Shown: positions 1-7,974 of the stretch, in pieces | Layout: each line of letters starts with the position of its first letter | How positions within the stretch are numbered: the stretch's first letter is position 1 | Origin: Gemmatimonadaceae bacterium | GTDB lineage: Bacteria; Gemmatimonadota; Gemmatimonadetes; Gemmatimonadales; Gemmatimonadaceae | DNA: 64,000 bases | Assembly: GCA_035554995.1 (NCBI GenBank) | Contig: DATMHK010000048.1 | Coordinates: forward strand, 207-64,206 | Direction of reading: 5' to 3' | The notes under the pieces: generated by a model | Databases searched by the model: none | Told to the model about the DNA's origin: nothing | Seen by the model: only the letters and a program-made list of their open reading frames with translations | Position numbers and translations under genes: made by a program

Positions 1-274
1 AGGCGAATAGCGGCGTACTGAGCGTCTTTTCCCAAGAGAATCCCGGCTCGTAGCGTGAGGCACCGTAACGGCACGCGGAATCCCTCTGCGCCTCCGCGGC
101 TTCGCGTCTCTGCGTTTAGGTAGTTCAGCAGCGCATCCCGGCAGAGAGCCCCAATCCGCCACACCGTTTTCCTGCCAAGTTGGCGCAAAAGGAAGGTCCC
201 CGTCTTGCCTCCCTCCCCTCCGAACTCGCGCCGCCCGAAACCGGCGCGCCCAACACGGACTCACAGAGGAAGCA

Positions 275-2227
275 ATGGCCGACAAAGTCATCGGTATCGA
301 TCTCGGAACCACGAACTCCGTCGTCGCTGTCATGGAAGGCGGCGATCCGGTCGTGATCCCGAACGCCGAGGGCGGGCGGACGACCCCATCTGTCGTTGGC
401 TTTACCCGGGACGGCGAGCGGCTCGTCGGCCAGGTCGCCAAGCGTCAGGCGGTCACCAACCCCCAGAACACCGTTTTTTCGATCAAGCGCTTCATGGGGC
501 GCCGCATGAGCGAGGTCCCCGACGAGATCAAGCGCGTTCCTTATAAAGTGGTGTCCGGGCAGGGCGACTTGGCCACCGTCGAGGTTCAGGGCAAGCGCTA
601 TACGGCCCCGGAGATCTCGGCGATGATCCTTCAGAAGATGAAGCAGACCGCCGAGGACTACCTCGGCCACTCGGTGACCAAGGCCGTCGTCACCGTTCCG
701 GCGTACTTCAATGATGCCCAGCGCCAGGCCACAAAGGATGCTGGCAAAATTGCCGGCCTCGACGTCCTCCGCATCATCAACGAGCCGACCGCCGCGGCAC
801 TCGCCTACGGCCTCGACAAGAAGAAAGATGAAAAGGTGGCAGTGTTCGATCTCGGGGGTGGTACATACGACATCTCCGTCCTCGAACTCTATGATGTCGA
901 GGGCTCGCGCCAGTTCGAGGTGAAATCCACGAACGGCGATACCCACCTGGGCGGCGACGACTTCGATCAGCGCGTCATCGACTGGATCGTCGGCGAGTTC
1001 AAGCGCGATCAGGGCATCGACCTCTCCAAGGACCCGATGGCGCTCCAGCGCCTCAAGGAAGCCGCTGAGAAGGCCAAGATGGAGCTGTCGAGCACGATGT
1101 CGACCGACATCAACCTCCCCTTTATCACCGCGGACCAGAGCGGCCCAAAGCACCTCAACTACAATCTCAGTCGCGCGAAATTCGAGCAGCTCGTGGATGA
1201 CCTCATCCAGCGCACGCTCGAGCCGATGAAGAAAGCGCTCAAGGACGCGGGGCTCGAGCCCAAGGACATCGACGAAGTCATTCTCGTCGGCGGCTCGACG
1301 CGCATCCCGAAAATCCAGACGATCGTCAAGGACTACTTCGGCAAGGAGCCCAATCGGTCCGTGAACCCGGACGAAGTCGTGGCGATCGGCGCCGCGATCC
1401 AGGGCGCGGTGCTCACCGGCGAGCAGAAGGACGTACTGTTGCTCGACGTCACGCCGCTGTCGCTCGGCATCGAGACGCTTGGCGGCGTCACGACTGTGCT
1501 CATCCCGCGCAACACGACGATCCCGACCAAGAAGTCGGAGACGTTCTCCACGGCCGACGACAACCAGACGACCGTCGAGATCCATGTGTTGCAGGGTGAA
1601 CGTGAGCTGGCCAGGGACAACCGCACGATCGGCAAGTTCCAGCTCACGGGCATTCCGCCCGCTCCGCGCGGCATGCCGCAGATCGAGGTGACCTTCGACA
1701 TCGACGCCAACGGCATCCTGCACGTTTCCGCCAAAGACAAGGCGACGAGCAAGGAACAGAAGATCCGCATCGAGGCGTCGAGCGGTCTCTCGGATTCCGA
1801 CATCGATCGCATGGTGAAGGACGCCGAGAAGAACGCGACGGCCGACAAAGCCCGCCGCGAGGAGATCGACACGCGGAACCGTCTCGACAGCATGACCTAC
1901 GAGGTCGAGAAAAACGCCAAGGAGTGGTCGGACAAGCTGTCGCCTGACCTCAAGGCGAAGCTCGACGCGGCTGTGGAGCGCGCCCGGAAGGCGCTTCGCG
2001 GCGACGACATGAACGAGATCAAGGCGGCGCAGGAAGACCTGAACCGTACCTTCAGCGAGGCAGGTCAGTCCTTCTACGCGCAGAGTCAGGGCTCGACCGG
2101 GCCAACAGGCGATGCCGGCCCGACCGAACCCACCGCCGGCCAGCCGGGTTCTACCGGCACCGGGCAAGCGCCGAACGAGGACGTCGTCGAAGCCGATTAC
2201 GAGATCGTCGACGAGAACAAGAAGTAA
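275..2227 (+). CDS. dnaK: Molecular chaperone DnaK (Hsp70)
   Basis: 650-aa ORF. N-terminus is [19 protein letters not shown], with [11 protein letters not shown] and other Hsp70 signatures along the full length. A purine-rich RBS (AGAGGAAG) lies just upstream of the ATG. Confidence 0.98.
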   Translation: MADKVIGIDLGTTNSVVAVMEGGDPVVIPNAEGGRTTPSVVGFTRDGERLVGQVAKRQAVTNPQNTVFSIKRFMGRRMSEVPDEIKRVPYKVVSGQGDLATVEVQGKRYTAPEISAMILQKMKQTAEDYLGHSVTKAVVTVPAYFNDAQRQATKDAGKIAGLDVLRIINEPTAAALAYGLDKKKDEKVAVFDLGGGTYDISVLELYDVEGSRQFEVKSTNGDTHLGGDDFDQRVIDWIVGEFKRDQGIDLSKDPMALQRLKEAAEKAKMELSSTMSTDINLPFITADQSGPKHLNYNLSRAKFEQLVDDLIQRTLEPMKKALKDAGLEPKDIDEVILVGGSTRIPKIQTIVKDYFGKEPNRSVNPDEVVAIGAAIQGAVLTGEQKDVLLLDVTPLSLGIETLGGVTTVLIPRNTTIPTKKSETFSTADDNQTTVEIHVLQGERELARDNRTIGKFQLTGIPPAPRGMPQIEVTFDIDANGILHVSAKDKATSKEQKIRIEASSGLSDSDIDRMVKDAEKNATADKARREEIDTRNRLDSMTYEVEKNAKEWSDKLSPDLKAKLDAAVERARKALRGDDMNEIKAAQEDLNRTFSEAGQSFYAQSQGSTGPTGDAGPTEPTAGQPGSTGTGQAPNEDVVEADYEIVDENKK

Positions 2228-2228
2228 G

Positions 2229-2325
2229 GCGATGGGCGATGGGCGATGGGCGATGGGCGATGGGCGTTATTGGTGAGTCACGAGTCGATTCGTCGACCGC
2301 CCATCGCCGACCGCCCATCGCCCGC
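2229..2325. repeat. Heptamer tandem array (GCGATGG x5, 2229-2263) plus downstream complementary CGCCCATCGCC copies (2297-2323), forming a hairpin 3' of dnaK
   Basis: Read directly from the sequence. It starts 2 nt after the dnaK TAA. The complementary arms can pair in several registers, so it probably acts as a terminator. Confidence 0.8.
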
Positions 2326-2527
2326 ATTTCGTAAAGATTTCGTTATGCCTGCGTTCCGCGAGAAACCGTGGGCCGCCTCATGCGTGACACATGCAGGGTT
2401 TGGTTGGCGAAACCAGCCCGACCGTCGCATCCGCAGTTGTGCCGGCGGCCTGAGCGCGCGAAACTTGCGCGGGGCCAGCGGGTACGACCGCAAAGTCAAC
2501 TTCATTTCTAAGTAGGAAACACCCTCT

Positions 2528-4135
2528 ATGTCCATTCGTTACTCACGGGCACGGTTCGGCGCTGCGATCGTCGTAGCCTTCCTTTGCGGGCTTGTCTTCG
2601 CGTCAGGCTTCGACCTGACCCGCTTCAGCTGGGCCCAGGGTCGGGTCGGCTCGAGCAATGCGACCAAGCCGACCGCGGCCCAAGTGGCTCCAGCTGCCGA
2701 TATGGAATCGGCATTCGAGGCAGTCGCCGACCACGCGCGACCAGCCGTCGTCTCGATCGCGACCGAACGTTTTAACAAGCCGAAGGGGAATGCGCGACTC
2801 CGCGGGCGTAGCGGTGGCCAGCTGCCGCCCGGCCTCGAGGACCTCTTCCGTCAGTTCGACGGCGGCAATGGTCGCGACCTCCGGCCCGACGACACACCCG
2901 AAGAGGCCAGCGGCTCCGGCTTCATCGTCTCCAACGACGGTTACATCCTCACGAACAATCACGTCGTCGCCGACGCCGACCGCGTGAGCGTCACGCTGTT
3001 CGACAAGCGTCTGTTCATTGCCAAGGTCATCGGTCGCGATTCGACGACCGACGTCGCCGTCATCAAGATCGACGCAACCAACTTGCCGACACTTAGCCTC
3101 GGCGACGACGCCCGCGCGCGCGTCGGCCAGTGGGTGCTCGCCATCGGCAACCCGTTGCAGCTCGACTTCACGGTCACGGCCGGCATCGTGAGCGCCAAGG
3201 GACGCACGGCGCCCGGTCTTCTCAATCCAAACAACCGCAATCCGTACGCGATCACCGACTACATCCAGACGGACGCTGCGATCAACCCCGGCAACTCGGG
3301 TGGTCCGCTGCTCAACATCCACGGTGAAGTCATCGGCATCAACAGCGCGATCGCCAGTGGTACGGGTTACTACGCCGGCTACGGCTTCGCGATTCCGATC
3401 ACGCTCGCCAAGCAGGTGATGGACGACCTGATCAAGTTCGGGAAGATCCGTCGGGCGGTCGTGGGCGTCTCGCTCCTCGATCCCACACCGGCCGACGCAA
3501 AGGCCGCGGGGATGGCGCAGCCGGGCGGCGCCAAGGTGCAGGGCTTCAGTCCCGAGAACGACAGCCCAGGTCAGAAGGCCGGTCTCGAGATTGGTGACAT
3601 TATCGTCTCGGCGGACGGCAAGGTCGTCGATCAGGTGAGCACGCTGCAGCGAATCATCCGCGGCCACAAACCTGGCGACGTCGTGGACCTCGAGGCGATG
3701 CGCTTCGGCCAGAAGAAGACGTTCCACGTGAAGCTCGGCGAGCCGCCCGTGGATCTCGGTACTGTCGCGGCGAACGAAGATTCGGCGCCCGCCGCGCGCG
3801 CGGAAGACGTCGGCCGCGCGAACGACAAACTCGGGATCAGCGTCGACGCCGTGTCGAACGAGTTCGCGCAGCAGGTTCGCCTGCCCAGCCAGTTCCGCAC
3901 TGGACTTCGCGTCACCAACGTGACCGGCCGCGGCCCGGCGTATCGCACCTTGTTCAAAGACGACATCATCCTGTCCGAGCTCTTTCCGCAGCAGAGGCAG
4001 ATCAAAACGGTCGAAGATCTTCAGGCGGCCGTCTCGTCGCTGAAGGCCGGCGATGTGGTCGAGTTCAAGAAGTGCACGCCGCTGCCGACCGGCGGTTGTC
4101 AGACTGCAGCCGTGAGCATCCAGATCGAGAAGTAA
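2528..4135 (+). CDS. htrA: Periplasmic serine endoprotease, HtrA/DegP family (trypsin-like domain plus PDZ)
   Basis: 535-aa ORF with an N-terminal TM/signal segment. Motifs GSGFIVSNDGYILTNNHVV and GNSGGPLLN supply the catalytic His and Ser, followed by a PDZ-like C-terminal region. Confidence 0.93.
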   Translation: MSIRYSRARFGAAIVVAFLCGLVFASGFDLTRFSWAQGRVGSSNATKPTAAQVAPAADMESAFEAVADHARPAVVSIATERFNKPKGNARLRGRSGGQLPPGLEDLFRQFDGGNGRDLRPDDTPEEASGSGFIVSNDGYILTNNHVVADADRVSVTLFDKRLFIAKVIGRDSTTDVAVIKIDATNLPTLSLGDDARARVGQWVLAIGNPLQLDFTVTAGIVSAKGRTAPGLLNPNNRNPYAITDYIQTDAAINPGNSGGPLLNIHGEVIGINSAIASGTGYYAGYGFAIPITLAKQVMDDLIKFGKIRRAVVGVSLLDPTPADAKAAGMAQPGGAKVQGFSPENDSPGQKAGLEIGDIIVSADGKVVDQVSTLQRIIRGHKPGDVVDLEAMRFGQKKTFHVKLGEPPVDLGTVAANEDSAPAARAEDVGRANDKLGISVDAVSNEFAQQVRLPSQFRTGLRVTNVTGRGPAYRTLFKDDIILSELFPQQRQIKTVEDLQAAVSSLKAGDVVEFKKCTPLPTGGCQTAAVSIQIEK

Positions 4136-4153
4136 GAGCAGAGACAGGAGAAA

Positions 4154-4193
4154 ACGACAAAGGGCGCCAGCAACTGGCGCCCTTTGTCGTTTC
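4154..4193. terminator. Bidirectional rho-independent terminator between convergent htrA and the histidine kinase gene
   Basis: Perfect 17-bp stem ACGACAAAGGGCGCCAG / CTGGCGCCCTTTGTCGT with a 3-nt loop. T-rich tails follow on both strands. Confidence 0.75.
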
Positions 4194-4216
4194 GCGTGTC
4201 CGCCCCCCCCGCGCCG

Positions 4217-5398
4217 TCAGCTGGCTTGTCTCGGTTCGGTAGCGACGGGGCCCGGACCACGCGGCGCTGATTTCGGCAGACGGATGCTGAAAGTCGTTCC
4301 TACGTCTGCCGCCGATTCGACATCGATCCGGCCGCCGTGGCCCTCCACGATCTTGTCGACGATGAACAATCCCAAACCCAGGTGGCGGCGGTCGCGGCCG
4401 CCGCTTGCGCCATCCTGCATTCCCGTGAAGAGGCGAAGCAACTTCTCGGGCACGATCGCCGAGCCGTCGTTGTGGACCGCGATGATCACATCTGCCTTCT
4501 CGGACCGCGCACTGACGGTGATCGGCCGGCTCGTGTCGCCGTGTTGCACCGCATTTCCGAGAAGATTCGTGAGCGCCTGAGCCAGTCGAGCCTCATCCCA
4601 GTCGCCGGTCAAGTCACCGTCCAGATTGAATTCGATTTTCGCGCGCGGATACGACGCCCGGACCTCGGTCACGACATCGCGAACAATCTTTCCGAGGTCG
4701 GCCGGCGCACGCACCACCGGCAGGCCCTCGCCGAGTCGACTCAGCGCCAGGTCGAGCAAGTCGGCGACGAGACCGCTCATCCGCTCGCCCGCGCTCTCGA
4801 TGCCTTGAATGAGGATCGTCTGTTGCGGCGTAAGGCCGCCAATCTCGATGAGGAAACTGGCGGACGCCGAAATCGCCCCAAGCGGATTGCGCAAATCATG
4901 TCCAAGGATCCCAAGGAATCGCTGTCTCGTCTCGTCGATCTCGCGCGTGTAGCGCGCGAGCGACTCGGCGATCGCCTGATCGATTGCTTCATTGAATCGG
5001 ATCAGGTCATTCAGCTCAGCGATCCCAAATTGACGCTGTTGGGACGTCCAGAGTCGCACCACACTGGCTCGCAGGGCGCGAAACTCAGCCACCATCTGGA
5101 CGGCCGTGAAGCCAACCTCGGCGCGTTCGTAACCGTGCTCCGCGGCCGCGGTCGCCGAGCTTTGCTGGTCGGCTGCGAGTCCCTTGGACTTGTCGGACTG
5201 CTCCGTCGCGGTTTGTGGAGTCTCCAAGTCGAGGGCGATCGCGTCGAGCATCGCCTTCGCATGATTGCGGCCCCTGTCCGCAGTGATCGGCGCGCCATGC
5301 GAAAGGTCCCGCGCAAACGTCTCCCACTCGGTCAGAATCTGGGGACTATTGCCGCGGATGAAGTTCGACAGCGTCGACATCAACACAGAATTTAGCAC
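4217..5398 (-). CDS. Sensor histidine kinase (HisKA plus HATPase_c), cytoplasmic type
   Basis: 393-aa ORF. H-box is HDLRNPLGAI, N-box LLGNAVQH, G-boxes GLGLFIV and GGRIDVES. No obvious TM segments. Confidence 0.9.
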   Translation of the reverse strand: MLNSVLMSTLSNFIRGNSPQILTEWETFARDLSHGAPITADRGRNHAKAMLDAIALDLETPQTATEQSDKSKGLAADQQSSATAAAEHGYERAEVGFTAVQMVAEFRALRASVVRLWTSQQRQFGIAELNDLIRFNEAIDQAIAESLARYTREIDETRQRFLGILGHDLRNPLGAISASASFLIEIGGLTPQQTILIQGIESAGERMSGLVADLLDLALSRLGEGLPVVRAPADLGKIVRDVVTEVRASYPRAKIEFNLDGDLTGDWDEARLAQALTNLLGNAVQHGDTSRPITVSARSEKADVIIAVHNDGSAIVPEKLLRLFTGMQDGASGGRDRRHLGLGLFIVDKIVEGHGGRIDVESAADVGTTFSIRLPKSAPRGPGPVATEPRQAS

Positions 5399-5500
5399 TC
5401 ACAGCCAAACCCACGGACCGCGGTGAGCGGCTCGCCATGAGTCGGCGCGTCATTCTCTGGTGCGTGGAAGAGTATTTCGGAATGCGCTCGTCACCGTTTT

Positions 5501-5509
5501 TGTTATATC
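5501..5509 (+). promoter_or_regulatory. Possible extended -10 element (TGtTATATC) for tRNA-Leu
   Basis: TGTTATATC lies about 10 nt upstream of the mature tRNA 5' end. I found no convincing -35 element. Confidence 0.3.
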
Positions 5510-5518
5510 TTGAAACAG

Positions 5519-5600
5519 GCGAGCGTGGCGGAATTGGCAGACGCACCAGACTTAGGATCTGGCGCCGCAAGGCTTCCGAGTTCGAGTCTCGGCGCTCGCA
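5519..5600 (+). tRNA. tRNA-Leu (anticodon TAG)
   Basis: Manual cloverleaf. Acceptor GCGAGCG/CGCTCGC, D-stem GCG/CGC, anticodon stem CCAGA/TCTGG with loop CTTAGGA. There is a 13-nt variable arm, T-arm CCGAG-TTCGAGT-CTCGG and discriminator A. CCA is not encoded. Confidence 0.9.
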
Positions 5601-5672
5601 TGAACAGCGACAGAACAGCTATTTAGAAGAATTGCGGCGGGCGCTCCGGGCGCTCGCCGTTCGATTTTGGGA

Positions 5673-6713
5673 TCAGGGGTGGATGGCGGCGTTGTGCGAC
5701 GCGACCCAGTGAGCGGCGGGCCGCGGAGACCAATCCGCGCGATAGAGCGGATACTCGCTGTTTTCACCCGTAAAAAGAACGTAGAGATACGCGCGGTCGT
5801 AGCCGGGGTTCTTCGAAATTGCGTGCGCGATCTCGGCCATCTGAATCGAATCGCGTTGCGCGGCGGTCCAATGTCCCGGCACCTGTCCGCCATTCATACC
5901 GAACTCCGTGGCCCACACCGGTGTTGTCGGGAACGCCGATCGTGCCTTCGCGTAATCGTCCACAAATTGGGTGGAGAGTGGATATCCGTAGGCATGTATG
6001 GCGATGGCATCGAGCCTGACCGAAGGCGCCAATGTGCTCGCAACGCCGCGGAGGAACACATCGGGCGCGACACCCACGCCGGCGCTGATCACACGCGCCG
6101 TCGGATCCGCGGCGCGAATACGCGGAACGACGCGAGACAAAAAGAGACCGTAGGCCTGGCCCGCGGATGACTGCAAGGACGGCGATGACACCGCGGGATC
6201 GGTGGCCGAGACCCTCGTGAAGAGATCGTCGAAATCGCTTCCATCGATCTCGTTGAACAATTCCCACGTCACGCCACGGATCTGCGGGATGAGCTCCGTC
6301 TCCATCATCGTGGCCACGGCGTCAGCCCGCTGGTTCGAGGAGAGCGCGCGATTTGCGGCAGGTTCCTGCTGCAACAGAATGAGGAGGTCGAGCCCTTCGG
6401 CCTGCGCGGCGTGGATATTCGCGAAGAAGGAGCGACGATACTCCGCGTCCTGCGTCGCCCGCGCCCAGTAGAACGTCGTGCGGACCGACCTTGCGTGGAG
6501 CGTGTCGCGAATGAGGTGCCGACTCTGCGCGTCCATCAGGTGGGACGCCATGTCCACCCGGAGTGGTGCGGGAGCGGGTCCTTCCGCGTGCTGCGGACTC
6601 ACCGCGTCAGACTGGCCACAGGCGGAAGCACCGAGAGCGGTGGACAGCGTGAAGCCGACAACGAGCGAAGCACGAACCGACGATCTCTGCGGGGTGGACG
6701 CGAAGAGGGACAT
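5673..6713 (-). CDS. Secreted (possibly lipid-anchored) glycoside hydrolase, clan GH-A TIM-barrel-like
   Basis: Start trimmed to MSLFAST..., giving signal peptide ...LGASAC. ELFNEIDG fits an acid/base NE motif and VWATEFGMNG fits a nucleophile E motif, as in GH5/GH39-type enzymes. The family assignment is from memory of these motifs. Confidence 0.7.
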   Translation of the reverse strand: MSLFASTPQRSSVRASLVVGFTLSTALGASACGQSDAVSPQHAEGPAPAPLRVDMASHLMDAQSRHLIRDTLHARSVRTTFYWARATQDAEYRRSFFANIHAAQAEGLDLLILLQQEPAANRALSSNQRADAVATMMETELIPQIRGVTWELFNEIDGSDFDDLFTRVSATDPAVSSPSLQSSAGQAYGLFLSRVVPRIRAADPTARVISAGVGVAPDVFLRGVASTLAPSVRLDAIAIHAYGYPLSTQFVDDYAKARSAFPTTPVWATEFGMNGGQVPGHWTAAQRDSIQMAEIAHAISKNPGYDRAYLYVLFTGENSEYPLYRADWSPRPAAHWVASHNAAIHP

Positions 6714-6874
6714 GGCGTGGCAGGAGGCAGCCTGCGTGGCCGGCACGACGCCGTAGTCGCACCGCGCAAGGTTCGAGAGGGCGAGCGCGAGAGGAGGGGC
6801 CGCGCGCGTGGAGAGTCCGGACGTGGGGGTCCGGGCGCGGGTAGTACTGGACTGCTGTCGCTATCGGAGAGGGT

Positions 6875-6895
6875 GCCTGGAGTGAGACTCCAGGC
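6875..6895 (-). terminator. Candidate stem-loop downstream of the fibre-like operon
   Basis: GCCTGGAGT-GAG-ACTCCAGGC is a perfect 9-bp stem about 95 nt 3' of the last operon gene. There is no T-tract, so this is weak. Confidence 0.3.
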
Positions 6896-6988
6896 GGGCG
6901 GGCTTGGTTGAGCTCGGCAAGAATACTACGGATCGAACACTGCCGCAATACTAGAGGGCGCTTGCTCGCACTCTCGGAGCGCGCATGG

Positions 6989-7546
6989 TCACGGGGTCGT
7001 CATCGTGAACACGACCCCGATCGTGTAAGTGCCCGGCAGGTCGGTCGCCCAATGCACGGCAGGCCGAAGATAGACCGTCTTTGACGGGCTCCCCGCCGTC
7101 GCAGTTCCTGTCGTCACGGTGACTGGGGTGACCGACATCGCCGTGGTGGCGCCCGTCGATGAAAGGCTCCAGCGAAGATCCGAGACCGGTTTGCTCGCCC
7201 ACCCTCCCGCGCTCGCCGTCCACGTGGCCGCGGCGCCGCTGATCTGGACGGTCCAAGCGCGGTTTCCTTGAACGCTGAAGCTCGCTGTCGCGGGAGCGGC
7301 GACGCCGGCAGCGACGTCCATGTCCGTCATCGTCGCCGTCGTCGACAACGGCGACAGCGGCGACGACGTCGGGGACACGGTCAGCTTCAACAGCGCCGGA
7401 TTCGTCATCGTCCCGGGGTTCGCGAGAACCACACTGGCCGTGCACTTTCCGGTCGCGCCGGCGACGCTGCACGACGTCTGCGCATGGCCGGCGGTGGCGA
7501 TGAGCATCGCAACGATAGCCGACAATCGGAGCGAACGACCGGTCAT
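6989..7546 (-). CDS. Secreted subunit-like protein (paralog of 12097-12639), gene F of the fibre-like operon
   Basis: 185 aa with signal peptide ...ATAGHAQ. The mature N-terminus is TSCSVAGATGKC. It shares NRAWTVQISGAAA, DLRWS and the C-terminal PGTYTIGVVFTMTTP with gene A. Its ATG overlaps the upstream stop (ATGA). Confidence 0.8.
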   Translation of the reverse strand: MTGRSLRLSAIVAMLIATAGHAQTSCSVAGATGKCTASVVLANPGTMTNPALLKLTVSPTSSPLSPLSTTATMTDMDVAAGVAAPATASFSVQGNRAWTVQISGAAATWTASAGGWASKPVSDLRWSLSSTGATTAMSVTPVTVTTGTATAGSPSKTVYLRPAVHWATDLPGTYTIGVVFTMTTP

Positions 7547-7974
7547 CGGACGCGGTGCGCGCGGAAGGTGCCGGACGCCGCGATTCCCGCGTCCGAGATT
7601 TGAACCCAGCTGCCGGTGAGCGAATCACCCTTTACGACGCCGTTGTGCCGGCGCGTCGTCGCTGGATCGATCACGAGATCGAACTCCACCAGCGATTGGT
7701 CGATCGTGCGGCCGCTGACGACCGCCGCGATGTGACCAAGCTGGCCGCGTGTGTCTTGCTCACTCGCGTCGAGCGTTCCTGTGAAGCGTGTCGTGGTGTC
7801 CTGTGACAGGACGAGCGTTCCGTTGGCAGTTGTCGCGTTACCGGACTGGATGCTCGCGTAGCTCCACTCGCCACGAACAATGACCGTTGCCGGTGCGCTC
7901 TCCGTCGGCGCGCTGAGACACGAAACGGCAACAGACAAAATGGCGAACATCCCGAATGCCCGGCGCCGGCTCAT
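7543..7974 (-). CDS. Small secreted or lipoprotein-like protein, gene E of the operon
   Basis: Start trimmed to MSRRRAFGMFAILSVAVSC..., which gives a signal peptide and an imperfect lipobox. There are ATGA overlaps with both neighbours. No recognisable family. Confidence 0.65.
   Translation of the reverse strand: MSRRRAFGMFAILSVAVSCLSAPTESAPATVIVRGEWSYASIQSGNATTANGTLVLSQDTTTRFTGTLDASEQDTRGQLGHIAAVVSGRTIDQSLVEFDLVIDPATTRRHNGVVKGDSLTGSWVQISDAGIAASGTFRAHRVR

Noticed and set aside
175-210. Heat-shock promoter or operator upstream of dnaK (sigma-32-type CTTGAA...CCCCAT, or a CIRCE inverted repeat)
   Set aside because: I found only a weak resemblance, TTGGCG-N12-CCCCGTCT, with non-canonical spacing. 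No TTAGCACTC-N9-GAGTGCTAA-like inverted repeat is present, so this is not supportable by eye.
125-2167. 680-aa ORF on the minus strand opposite dnaK
   Set aside because: It is an antisense shadow ORF typical of GC-rich DNA. The product is Arg/Gly/Leu/Val-rich low-complexity sequence with no motifs, and the opposite strand encodes an unmistakable DnaK.
2229-2263. Possibility that the short tandem arrays (2229, 15745, 45747, 51184, 53021) are CRISPR arrays
   Set aside because: The units are only 7-8 nt with no spacers, and there are no cas genes in the window. They are microsatellite-like arrays or hairpin arms, not CRISPR.
4203-4210. Poly-C tract of 8 nt between the terminator and the histidine kinase stop, and a 9-nt tract at 46567-46575 in the last codons of ubiX
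   Set aside because: The first is intergenic, downstream of both convergent genes. The second affects only the final ~8 codons of ubiX. Neither is positioned like a phase-variation switch, unlike the 11-mer at 26155.
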